Shown: positions 11,624 to 23,533, counted from the first letter of the stretch. The stretch is DNA of 64,000 nucleotides from Gracilinanus agilis (GCF_016433145.1 NC_058135.1:42711099-42775098); one strand, 5' to 3'. Notes: generated by a model not told the origin, from the sequence alone. Program-made: numbers and translations.

Positions 11624-11726
11624 GGAGCTACACCAAACTTATATCCTGCCTATGTCAGCATGTAATGTGAGAAGGAACATGGGATGCTGGGAATTGGAGT
11701 TCTAGGGTACAGAAATTAATTATACA
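11383..11726 (-). mobile_element. 5' LTR of an ERV-like element, followed by a PBS-like sequence
   Basis: TGTATAATT...TCTTACA, TATA-like GGATATAAG (11646-11638), then tttaTGGCAACCAGAAG immediately after the terminal CA. Upstream boundary is approximate. Confidence 0.55.
11565..11620. repeat. (GA)28 microsatellite inside an LTR
   Basis: Directly visible perfect repeat. Confidence 0.98.
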
Positions 11727-11794
11727 ATTCTAATTAGGGAGACAACATATCAGAGGTTTTAAACATGGCTTTCAGATAGCCCAATAATTTTTTT

Positions 11795-12012
11795 AAAACC
11801 CTTACTTTCCATCTTGTGTATTAGCTTACTGTGTGTTGGTTCCAAGGCAGAAGAGTGGTAAGGGCACTCAATGGGGATTAAGTGACTTGCCTAGGGTCAC
11901 ACAGCTAGGAAGTGTCTGAGACTAGATTCAAACCTAGGAACTCCAATCTCTAGGCCTGGCGCATAAATCCTGCATTACACTCTCAATCCACTGAGCTACC
12001 CAGCTGTCCCCT
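11795..12012 (-). mobile_element. Older SINE1-type SINE
   Basis: Same head and core with the longer ccttggaacc-type 3' segment. Confidence 0.8.
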
Positions 12013-12014
12013 AG

Positions 12015-13041
12015 TCCAATAATTTTTAAGTTGTCTTCTGGATCTATTTTCCAGGTCAGTTGTTTTTTTAACGGGATATTTCATATTTTCTTCAATTTTT
12101 CATTCTTTTGATTATTGTTTCTTGATGTCTCATGAAGTCATTAGCTTCTATTTGTCCAATTCTATTTTTTAAAGCCTGAATTTCTTTCATGACCTTTTGG
12201 TCCTTCTTTTCCATTTGGTTCATTTTACTTTTCATGGTATTTTTTTCTTCTTGGGATTTTTATGCCTCTTTTCCCAGTTGACTAATTTTGCTTTTCAATC
12301 TTATGTTCTTTTTGCATTACTTTCATTTCTTTTCCCCATTTTTTCTTTGAACTGTCTGATTTTTGAATTCCTTTTTAAGTTCTTCCAGAGGTTAAGACCA
12401 ATTCCCATTTTTTTTTTTTGGAAGTTTTGTATGTGATTACTTAGATCTCACTATCTCCTGTTGGTTCTATGCTTTGTTCTTTGTCCTTATAGAAATTTCC
12501 AAGGGTTAAGTGTTTTTTTTTCTGCTGTTGCTCATTTCCCTAGTCTTTTCTCTGCTCCTGCCCCCCACCCCCACAGGAATTCTGAAAGCTGCTTGCTGTT
12601 TCTGTCTCCTCTGCTGGTTGACTGGGTTTTGGCCTGGAGCTAGGTCTTTAGTGCAGTAGTGGAGGCTTGAAAGGGTCCAGTGCTATGGACTTCTGGGCCT
12701 CACTGTGGGCTGGTGCCAGGGCCTGGCATTCAAGGGAATGAATCTGAGGTGCTCTTTTGCTGGTGTTGCCCTGTCCTGGGATCCCAAAGTTGGCCTATGC
12801 ACAAAACCTAGCAAGGCCACTAGGGGTGTGGTGTGTGTACTTTTGCTTCCAGTTCTCCCTTATCCCACGAAAATCAACTCTACCTTTCAATGCTATTCAG
12901 CAAGAAAGCTCCCTCACCCCTTCTTGCTATTAGTTTTTGAGTCCTATAGTTTTGAGGTGCTTTTTAAAGATTGGTTTGGAAGTACAGTCAGATTAGTTTT
13001 GGCTTTTGCTACCATCAAGTTGCCATCTTGGCTCCACCCCC
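12015..13041 (-). mobile_element. Old LINE-1 5' fragment (5'UTR and decayed ORF1)
   Basis: Begins GGGGGTGGAGCCAAGATGGC (L1 5' end) at 13041; T-rich + strand typical of antisense ORF1. Confidence 0.65.
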
Positions 13042-13102
13042 ATATCAGAGGTTTTAGCTGCAAGATCCATGTTCCTTATGGTACAGGAGTAAAAAAGATG
13101 GT

Positions 13103-13434
13103 AATGCATCTTCTTTAATGTGATTTCCATGGAAAAATCACATTCCTTCCTTATGTTAAACCATTTGACAGTGTCAAGGACTCTAGTAGTGAGAACTTGC
13201 TTTTCTGAATCTTCAGTAGTGGTAGTTATAGTTGCAAAAGCAGTTTGACAGGTGGCAAGGATTCCCAAGGATTATTACTCTGGATAATAGTAAACAAGGG
13301 GTAAGCTAGAAATTTGGCCAGTGGTCTGGGTGGCGGTGCTGTTTCCAGAGATCTAGGCCTCAGGATCTTGAGGAATCTCTACTGGAATCTGAGTGAGGAG
13401 AATAATAAAAGTGGTGGCAACTGGCTTCACTCAC
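13103..13434 (-). pseudogene. YBX3: Decayed processed YBX3 (CSDA)-like pseudogene fragment: N-terminus and first half of the cold-shock domain
   Basis: EDSEKQVLTTRVLDTVKWFNIR (13214-13149) vs recalled YBX3 EDAEKKVLATKVLGTVKWFNVR. After a frameshift, GNHIKEDA corresponds to RNDTKEDV. Degenerate start GTG AGT GAA GCC at 13434 (MSEA). No introns where Y-box genes have them. Confidence 0.8.
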
Positions 13435-13714
13435 CTGATCTTTGCTCTCTTCTGTCTCCCTCTCAAGCTGCTTTACCATGTTAGCTAACTTGGCTTACCT
13501 GCCATTAAGTACCAATTGGTGGAGGAGGTCACTGGCCCCTTTCCATAGGTTCTGCTACACTGGATGATGGCTGTAAGGGCTGGTCTGTGCAGTGCTACAG
13601 TGGGGTGAGGGTTCTCCAACTTACCCATCTGATGGTGGCGACTTGTCAGTGATCAGTATTAATGTTGACCAATATATTGGGCCTGTTCCCCAAAGGGGTT
13701 GTCCCCTCATTGAT

Positions 13715-13910
13715 GGGGAGTATTCAAAGATCTAGTATAATATTGAATAATAATGGTGATAAAGGATATGCTTGCCTCACCTAAATCTTACTGAAAAGAG
13801 TTCTTAGCTTATTCCTATTACAGCTAATGCTTGCTCTTAGTTAGATAGCTCTTGTATTTTGAGGAAGACTATTCATTTCTGTACTTTCCAATTTAACCAG
13901 AATGGGTGTG
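13715..13910 (-). mobile_element. LINE-1 ORF2 (RT region) fragment
   Basis: aataataatggtgataaagga...cttagcttattcctattacag...aatgcttgct resembles the antisense of the marsupial L1 RT region. Confidence 0.6.
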
Positions 13911-15845
13911 CTCTGAGCTATGGCGAATAGATGCTTAGACTCAATGCTTTTCCAGGGAGGGCAGACAAACTCTGAGAACCCTGCATTTGCCCTTAAGCAT
14001 TTTTCTTAACCAATGTTCAGACCTTGGGGGAAACGATGAGGAGAGAGGAATGGCTCCCCCCAGACCCTGTTCTCCAGGAGCTGACAATATACGGGGGTGC
14101 AGGAAGGCGGGGAACTGGGAGACAACAGATGGAGAACAGAGGGATGGATCACTTTGGGGGAGGCTCTAAGTTTGATCTAGACTCTACAGGAAATAATTGA
14201 ATAATTGACCCAGAGGAGAGGAGTCCACTCCGGGCACCGGGAGGGAGAAATCAAAGGCATAAAAAGCACAAGCATAGTGGATCCAGGCTGTCTGGCCAGA
14301 GAGAAGGCGGAAAAGATGGGAACAGCTCTAGGAGGTGAGGGGTCGCATCTTTGAGGCAGCCATTTCAATGAGCAACTCGAAGTTATAGTGTTGGCTCTAA
14401 TAAGGGACATCTTGTAAGAAGTTATTCCTGAGCTGTCAGATTATCTCAAGGAAATTTCTAGGATTGAGACGAAGAGCTCTGTATCAAATGAACTAGTCCT
14501 TTTGGTTCAGAAACCCTGAAATTTGGTTTGAGCTAATGGTAGAAATAAATGAAAGCCATGAGGGAGAGGGTCCAGCGTTTCTTTGTTAGGGTGCAAAGGA
14601 CCCTCGATTATCCTCAGGGATGTCACTCAGAGGGTGGGTTTGATTTGTACAAACAGTGATGAAATATCCGACTGAAACTGTGGTGACAAAGTGTATAATG
14701 GATCTGGGTATCCGCTTTCCCAAGTTACAAAAGTGATCTTTGCATGTTGGAGCTCTTTTCCTCTCTGGATCACAAGAGCTTGGCACAATTTCTGGCATAT
14801 GGTAGGGGCTTCATAGATGTCTGACTAAAAGAACTAGAAGGTGAGAATGCTGATGTATTCTGGGGATAGAGATCACTGAAAACCAGTATAGAAGGGCAGC
14901 TCAGCGCATCTGACACAGGAAGACAGGGAGACGAATCCCGCCCCAGACACTTCCTAGCTGTGTGACCCTGGGCAAGTCCATGGTCCAGCCTTTTCTGCTC
15001 TTCTGCCTTAGAACCCATACAGACATAGAAGAAATCTACAGATAAGGGTTTAAAAAAAAGAAAAGAAAACCAGTGATAAACGGTATAAGGAATAATTTGA
15101 CTCATTCATATAGGGATCGCTATATTTCTCTACCTCCTGGATGGTGCCTGATTCAGTCTTTCCTCCTTCAGTGACTCTTTCTACTAGAGGTCTTCAATGT
15201 ACATATTGAGGCTTCAGGTTCCTTTTTTGCTCTGAGCTCCCCACTATTGCACCTACACAGCCGCTCGGAACCCTAACCTTGCCATCATCACCTTCCATGT
15301 TCATAGACTCTGAAACACCCTCATCTCATCCCAACCTTTCCCTCTGCCTCGCATTGCCCGATTCCTTTCTTCATCCTCCTCCTTCCACCCCTCCATGCTT
15401 TCCCAGGCCCTCTTCAATCTGGCCTCCTGGGGAAGCCGCTGCTTAAAGATGCTCTTCCAGCTCTCCAATATCAAGATCTTGCTTCACAGCGGGACTGCAG
15501 GATAGACTTCTTTACATCTAAAGGAAAGTGAACCCCCGTGCTCCTGGCCTCTTTTTCACCGTAACCTCATTTTGGGTCTTACTGATAATTCTATTAGGTC
15601 ATCTTCTGATCTTTGGCACACACTGCTGAGAATAGTCACATTCTTTGTTCTCTTCACAGACATTTTATAGCAAAGAGCTGTGGTGAAAGTATCAAAACTT
15701 GGAGAAAAAGACTAGATCTCTTCTAGATAACTCAGTTAAAAACCCACAAGTTACTGTTCATAACAATGGCTAGACTCCATCCTCTGTACACACAACAAAT
15801 AAAGCCAGCACAGACATCCAAGGAAAGAACCATTTAAAATCAAGG

Positions 15846-15851
15846 TTTAAT
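15846..15851 (-). terminator. Candidate KLHL8 polyadenylation signal ATTAAA
   Basis: On the - strand, ATTAAA is followed by GU-rich sequence (ggttctttcc..., tttatttgttgtgtgt), ~1.7 kb past the stop. Alternative AATAAA hexamers lie at 16484-16489, 16707-16712 and 16823-16828. Confidence 0.45.
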
Positions 15852-17513
15852 AAAAATTTGCACATGCACACAAAGACAATTAGTTATGACAGGTGGTTAG
15901 CAGGGCATCTGATAAAAAAAAAAAAAAAGAGTACCAGGCCGCAGAATACATAACAAATGAGTATCTGAAGGGAGATGAAGACTGCTGGGTGACAATCTAC
16001 TTCCAACAATGCCCTCGCAACAGCGTGTGTAGATCAATTCTGGTAAGCCAGGCGGCCTGTGGTGGGACCCTGCCAACATGCGTTCAGGGCCTGCCTGTGA
16101 ATGCCTTCTGAAAAGTTTTCCTGAGTACTGCTGTCACGGTGCACGGGCGAGCAGAGACTTGCCCCAAATCTAGCTTTCCTCTTCCATGGCTATGGGGTCC
16201 CTGATACTCCTCAAAACTTGCTACACTGAGAAGCATTGAGAGTCATTTCTCCATGGCAAAGCAAAACTAGAAATCCCTTGCATCTATGTCCTTTGGGAGA
16301 AAAAACCTTTACCATATGCCACTGAAAATGGTGCTCTTTGGTGTTCTATTGCAATGAAATGCTGAAGCTTCCACTTTAAGTTGAATGAGGAAAGTTGGAA
16401 ACATTCCTCATAAGAATATGTGGGGAAGCCTCTATGCTTAAGTAAAAGTGGGGTCTTTCCCCTCAGCCACTTAGAATCTAAATTTTATTAACCTGAAGAT
16501 AGAAAATAGAATCTTTAAATAAATATTTATGAACAAATAAATACATATTATTTAATGGTGAAGCCATCTTATAATTCAGGTTATTTTTATGAACAGCTGT
16601 TAAGTTATTAGACATAATATTTAGGCTCATGTTCTAGGCCAGCTCTTTATCCTAGAGCACAAGAGCATGAAATATAACTGGCAGGAAAATGGTTAAGCTC
16701 TTTACATTTATTAACATTTGTCTTATATTGGTTTCATGATAGCCTGAACTTATCCCTAAGAATTTCAACAGGATGTAATATCAAATAAGACAAATGTTCT
16801 CCTTACAATGAATGAGCCCCTTTTTATTTACTATAAAATAAATCCATTAAACAGTCAAATTTTAAAATCAGAAGAGCAAAATCTTTAGCTTAGTATGACT
16901 GAGCTTTACACAACATTGCTACAAATAAGCATTCTTTAAATGCAGTCTAGTGCACTCAGAATAGTGCAAAAATGTTTTACGTTTGTAAACATTTGGGAGA
17001 TTAAAACCATCCAGTAAAAAAAAGTAAAGTAGAACTTTATTAGTATAAAGTGGAAATATCCTTCATTGACAAAAAAAATCACTACTGAAAGTATTCCAAC
17101 TTTCTCTTTACAGACTGAAAAGTCAGGGGAATAAATCCATTCTCTAACTTTGAAAAAGAAATGGCTGCAAATTACTCTGATATAACTTAAAAAATTACTC
17201 AGATTAAAAACAAGAATCTCAGGCATTTTGGCACTTATTTTAAAATCATTTCTCTTCTGGAAACTTAAAGTTGGAACAATACCGCAATATTGCTCACAGT
17301 TTTGTAAAAATGACAGTGTCAGCATTCAGCCTAGTCGTGAAGATCCCTCCTGGAGCACATGTGAAGATGCATTTATTCAGAGCACCATCATCCAGTTAAT
17401 ATTTAAAGAAGCAGGTAGCTGTAGTTGTAGCCTATTCAAAGACGAGATCACACCAAAACTCTAGCTGTCTTTACTTTGGGGAAGGATAGAATTGTTGGTG
17501 GCTGGCATTCAAG

Positions 17514-17637
17514 TCACATACAGTCAACCACATTACTGGATCCTTGGCCCACATCACGGATTTGAGAACTTAAACAGGAACACACAGCGACACCTGCTCC
17601 AGCCCTGCAATGAGACACTGATCCTACAAGCTCCCAC
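17514..17637 (-). CDS. KLHL8: KLHL8 coding exon 9 (last)
   Basis: Acceptor acatctccag|; WELVGSVSHCRAGAGVAVCSCLSSQIRDVGQGSSNVVDCM*; TGA at 17516-17514; 124 nt. Confidence 0.97.
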
Positions 17638-18723
17638 CTGGAGATGTAAAAAAGAAATATTATCTTAACAAGCCTCATTTACCCCACTCTAAAGTAAGAA
17701 TGATTTGATTACAGAAATCATGTCATTCAACACCTTCATTTCAGAGATGAAAAAACTCAGGTCTAAAAGAAATGGTAACTTTCCAAAGGCCTCAAAAAGT
17801 GAGAACTAGCTAAGTCAACAACCCCAAATAGTGTTCTTTTCCATCACACCATAGAAAGAAGCCTTTTTGAGTGGTTGTTTTTGATCCATAAGGAGCTCCG
17901 ATACTTCTAACTTCTGTTCTTTTCTATCCCTAGTTGGGGTTAACTTAACAGGAATTCTGAAGGATTTTAGTTATAACAAATCATGAAGACATATTCAAAA
18001 CCTGACTCTAATGAGCAAAGTGTTCATGGACCAGACTTAGGGATATATTTCTAACATTTCACATGATTGATTTCTGAATCCTTAAGTTGGATTAGACTCA
18101 AAATTTTGTTGAACTCAAAAATTAAGCCTCAATTATTGTGAAAAGCTGCAGTGAATGGCAGACAAATTGAAAGGTTCTTTTGGAAACTGGAAAGGCCTGA
18201 CTTTCCATCTGAATAGGGATAAGCCAAGATTCCAGATAGATAAAAGTTTTTCCTTAGTTAGGATACATTTGCAAAAAATGTACCACCTGGCTGTACAACT
18301 GTATTGTTAGTCATTCCTTTCATCTTGTAATTGGACATTAATATTATGTTAATACTTCTGTTGTTTTCCTTGTTTGATTGGCACCCCCCCCCCCAATCCT
18401 GGAAACCTATAATAAATCAGTGCAGTCTGATAAATCTCTCTGGTGTGTTTGTCTAACCTATTTCTTTCCTCCTTTAATCTTTAAACCCTTCTCCCATAGT
18501 CTCCCAGAGTTCTTGGCTTCCCTTCTAGGTGCTTAAAACTCACATGAGAACTTTTTGTAGGGGCCAGACTTCTACACATTCAAAAAATACCTGTTAAACT
18601 AGTGAAAGATGAAATTGTTTGAATGGGTTAGAAAGAATGATTAAAACAAAAAATAAAATCCTTAAAATTTCAGATTATACACACACACACACACACACAA
18701 AAAAAAAATAAAATAAAAGTTAC

Positions 18724-18925
18724 CTGTTCACCAATGGATCAAAGGCTTCCACAGTATTTAGGTATGCATTGCCATTATGACCACCAACAGCAAAAATTTT
18801 GCCCATCACTGTAGCAATGCCCACACCACCCCTAGGAGTAGTGAGCTCCGCTACATATTCCCATCTGTTGTTTCGAGGGTCAAACCGTTCAACTGAGCTG
18901 AGAGGAGAATTATCATCAAATCCAC
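18724..18925 (-). CDS. KLHL8: KLHL8 coding exon 8 (Kelch 5-6)
   Basis: Acceptor ctctttattag|; GFDDNSPLSSVERFDPRNNRWEYVAELTTPRGGVGIATVMGKIFAVGGHNGNAYLNTVEAFDPLVN(R); donor CAG|GTAACT; 202 nt. Confidence 0.97.
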
Positions 18926-21900
18926 CTAATAAAGAGAAACATTCAAATGTTTTAATGCACTTGGTCATGATTATAGCTTGATTTTGACTAGAGCCAATCA
19001 GTGCTGTTACACTAATAATTGCTAACATTAGGCTAAAATGTACAGAGTGCTTGCTCCGTGCTAGGCACTGAGCTATGGGCATCACAGTTATTGCCTCACT
19101 CCATCCTCACAGCAACCCTAAGGCAGATGCTATTATTATCCTCCTTTTACGGATGAGGAAACTGAGGCAAAGAGTAAGTTAGGGGATCTACCTGAGTTCA
19201 AATAGCTAATAAGTGTGTGAGGGAGGAAATGTGGCCTCAGGTCTTCCCCACTGCAGACCCTGTGAGCTCTACCCACTGTGCCACTAGTAGTAGTGCCCTA
19301 AAACACTATTGAGATAAATAAAGAAAAACTTGTGTCCCTATATCAAACCAGTTAAATGAGGGGCAACTAGCATTCTTATAGATTACAGAATAATGCAAAC
19401 TGAACTAGAAAGAGGATTACAGAATACACCCAGCCTTTTGAAAAAGTAATGGTTTCCTCCCTCCCTCTCTCAGGGCTGCAACATTAAGATGAAGACTAAA
19501 TGCAGTGAGTAGCCAGCAGCTTCTGAGTATCAGTCTGAAATCAAAAACACTAACACTCGAAGTAGGGAAGACCCTGGAATCTTCTAACATTCATTAGCTG
19601 TGTGACCACGAGTAAATACCTTTCTTCCCTTTCACAGGATTATGCATTCTAGAGAACAAAAGCCTGGCTAGCTCCATTCACTTGTTAACATGATAAAAGA
19701 TTATATCCCTTCTTTTTCCAATTGTTTTGTTTTACATATATTTTAGGGGCCCTTTTCTGGTAAGCTTGACTTCCTGAACTCATACTGAATAAAGGAAGCA
19801 AAGTCAGGTGGAGACACTCCTTCCCCAAGTTAAAGGGTTTAGTCCTACTACTCTTGTGCTCTTACATTCAGTATTTGCTCCTTGATATATGCTTCCTTTG
19901 GACTTAGGTTTCTGACCATCCCGGGGCCCCAAGCAACCCTTTCTCATAAGGTGGATGTATCCTATTTTTGATGGATATTGTGTTAAAAAAAATAATGAGA
20001 AGAAGAAAAAATAGATTTTTTTTTTAAAGTACAGAGGTAAGGGGAAAGAGGTGCTACAAAAGCAAAATGTTGAATGAATTTTCTTTTTTCTTTTCTTTTT
20101 TTAAAAACCCTTACCTTCTGCTGAGAATGGATACTCAGTATTGGTTTTAAGGCAGAAAAGTGGTAAGGGCTAGGCAAGAGACTTCTATCAGAGAAAATTT
20201 CCCCCAAATTTTCTGCTTTCTTTCTAATCCTGGCTACATTAGTTTTAATTGTAAAAACCTTTTCAATTTATCCATTTTTACATTTCACAGTTCTTTCTAT
20301 CTCTTATTTACTCATTGATAGGCAATATATACCCTGTTGTTCTAATTTGTTTCTAACTCCTTTTATCCCTAGGTCCTGTATTCAATTTGATCTTACCTTG
20401 GTAACTGGTACAAGATATAGACTTATAGCTAGTTTCTGCCAAACTGTTTTCCCATTTTCTCAGCAATTTTTACCAAATAGTGAATTCTTATCCAAAAAGT
20501 TTGGATCTTTACTTTTGTCAAATAAGGTTACTATAAACTTTTACTCCTGTTTGCTATATGTCGTATGTCTGTTTTGCTTCACTGATCAACTTTCCTCTTT
20601 CTTAAGCCAGTGCCAGATAGTTTTGACAATTACTGCCCTTCCATGAACAATTAATATTTCTCTGATTACTTAAATCTGATTTATTTGATGAAAAAATGTT
20701 TTATAATCATATTCATGTAGTTCGTGGGTTTCTCCTTAGAAAGCTCATTTACAATCTATTCAATTATTTTTTTCTAAAATAGTTTTATTTAAATATTCTA
20801 TTTTCTGCTGTTAGTCTAGGCAATATATATATATATTTTAAGTATTCTTCTATTTCACTTAAATTGTTAAATTTTTTGGCATATAATTGGGCAAAATAAC
20901 AGTTTTACTTTGTTACAAGGGACTTCTCTATAAAGAGAAACAAATCAACAAAACTGAAAGGTTTTTTAAAAACTCTCTGGTGGTGTCTTTCCCTAGAATT
21001 ATTAGAACTGAATGCACTGTTTAGGGTTGAACTCATAGTTATACTTATTTACCTTTCCTATATTTCATTTTAAAATTAAAAAAATTTTTTTTTCAAACAA
21101 GGAAAACGTACCTTTTATTCATCTCCTTTCACTTCACTGAGAAAGAAAAACAAAACTCCTATTACAAATATAGTCAAGCAAAACAAATTCTTGCACTGGC
21201 CAAACTTAAAAAGATGCACACACATGTACACATGTAGTGTACATTTGTACACATATATGCACACACGTGTATTTGTATGTATGTATCAATCTCCACTTGG
21301 GGTGGTGGTGGCATGTTTCATGACTAGTCCTCAGGAATCTAAGTTGGTTATTGCATTGCTCAGAGTAGGAAATGGTAAGCCAATCCAGCATCTTTGCCAT
21401 GGAAACCCTAAATGAAGTCACAAAGTCAGATATGACCGAAATAACTGAACAAGAGATCTAGGAAATTTTCATTTATATTTCTTAAAATAGTGTCATCAGG
21501 GCATTTTAAAAACAAAATCATGTTTTTCCAGAGAGTCTAATGATTTAAAATAATTTGTCTTTGATCTGTTTTTCAGTCCAGTTATTATATATCACATATC
21601 TTATACTTTCTTCAATTTTTTCTAATGTTTTTTGTTTTCTCAAAGTTATTGATATGTTTGATTTTAGATTTCAGAGAAGCTCTTACCGCTTACTACTTTC
21701 TTTTCTATGTATTCTCTTTCCAATTCTCTCCTTCAGAAGTTTTATTTTTTTTAAAATCTCTTTACTGTATCAATAGGATCCTTTTAGGAATGTTTCCCTC
21801 TTTGGGAGTCTTTGTTTGTAATGAGGCAAAGTAGATGAAACTCTGGTCCTAAAGTCAGGAAGATATGAGTTAAAATCCTGCTTAAGACTGTGTGGATTTG

Positions 21901-22880
21901 TTCCTTAACCTTTCTTTGCCTCAGTTGCCTCAACTGTGATCTGAGGATAATAATAGCACTGACCTATCTCCCAGAGATATTGGGATGATCAAATGGAATA
22001 TTTGCAAAGTAGCCACTATATAAATGATAATTATTCTTATTAGTGTTAGCATTAATAATACTAATAGAATCATTAGTGTTAATAATCATTATATTAAAGT
22101 ATAATTAGTAATAATAACAATAATGATAATTGTCCGTTATTATTTCCTTCTAGTCTGGATTTTTAGGCATCTCTAGATCTACAGTAATTTTTCAAAATGG
22201 TCAATGTATTCTTTGGATTATCCCTCTCATCTTTAGGTCCCTTTATTGGGAACCAGGGCCAAGTTCTGCCCTCTGCTGCACTTTGGGATGTTGTGGGCAG
22301 CTCTGCTGAGTTTTGGCCTATGTCACTTCAGTTCCCCGTGCTGACTTCTCCCTCCTGGATCCTCTAGGCAGCTAGGTTATCTAGCTCTGAGCACTGCAGT
22401 GCCACTCTGGTTAATGCAATTCCTGCTGACTTACAGGTCTCTTTTCTGGATTTGCAACCATCTTGGAAGCTTTGTAGGGAAGGGGTAGAAATTCCCTACT
22501 GTTGTTGCCGCTAGACACCAAGTCTTGCAGGTTGGGATATTTGTTTGCTTATGATGGTCCTTGATTTCCTTGCAGCTTATATGCCTAGGGATTTCTGCCT
22601 ATGTAGTTCTAGGGTGGAAGAAGTCACTATACTTTCTCATTAGATTTGTTGAGTAATATATAAAATATTCAATTTGGTACAAATTTCAGATGGGTTCTGG
22701 GCAATCTAGTTCAGGCAGCAGTTGTGAGCCCCACAGACCAGCACCTCCCCCCAGGGTCCCCCGCCTGTCTCCCTTACTCCTTCCAGAATGCTGAGGCCAA
22801 TGTTTTATTTGCCATATCAAAATCACTATTCATACTTTTGCTTATTTTACTGATTTATTTTATGATCATCGGGGGGATTG

Positions 22881-23533
22881 TGTAAATGGAATTAGCTAAA
22901 GCCCATTTGTAGTCAAAAATCTGCCCATCCTAGGCGTAGAAATGATGTCACCCTCACCTTCCTTAGTGGGGAGGGGAGACGAGTTACCCACAGGTGACAA
23001 TAAGTAACAAATCAAGAATAAGGGACTGCCCTTTGGGCAGTCCAAATCAATGTAGAGACTGCCATTTGTCCATTTGAATTAGAGGTGGACCCACGGGAAG
23101 TGACGAAAGACACTATCTCTTTAAGTATGTTACTCACTTCCTGTGGAGGCAGTTCCAGCTTCGAACTCGGTGCTTAAGGAGTTCCTGAGACCACAGAACG
23201 CTTACACTCTGTATTGTCACGTGGGTAAGTTAGGCTGACTTCCTTGGCCTGACTGGGCCGCTTCTAAACTCTGCCTATCCGGCTGTTGGCCTTGTGGCTT
23301 ACAGCTTCATTTATTTAGCCTTTAACCCCCTCTCTCTGTCCAGGCCTTTGGCCTGGACTAGCCTCTCCCTTTCTCTTTAGTCCTACTTTTTACCTACCAG
23401 ATTGTGAATAAACTCCTCAACCAGATGCTGACTTGGGTCTGATTTAATTACGGAATCAACCTGAATCGTTGATTCCTGGCGGCCACACTTTAAATATATT
23501 ATCTATAAAATACCCTAAATTTTCCCTCTTACA
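22881..23533 (+). mobile_element. Solo LTR (ERV-type) in KLHL8 intron, antisense to the gene
   Basis: Inverted termini TGTAA...TTACA, ETS/TATA-like block at 23096-23141, AATAAA near 23408. TSD not clean (ATTG vs ATGT). Confidence 0.8.

Noticed and set aside
18720-19085. 121-aa ORF as a stand-alone Kelch gene
   Set aside because: Only 18724-18925 is exon. The upstream part is intron and L2/MIR-derived sequence that happens to be in frame.
22020-22140. Regular AAT-rich periodic tract as a possible array
   Set aside because: Degenerate low-complexity tail of an old SINE/LINE, with no repeat-spacer structure. No CRISPR-like array exists in the window.
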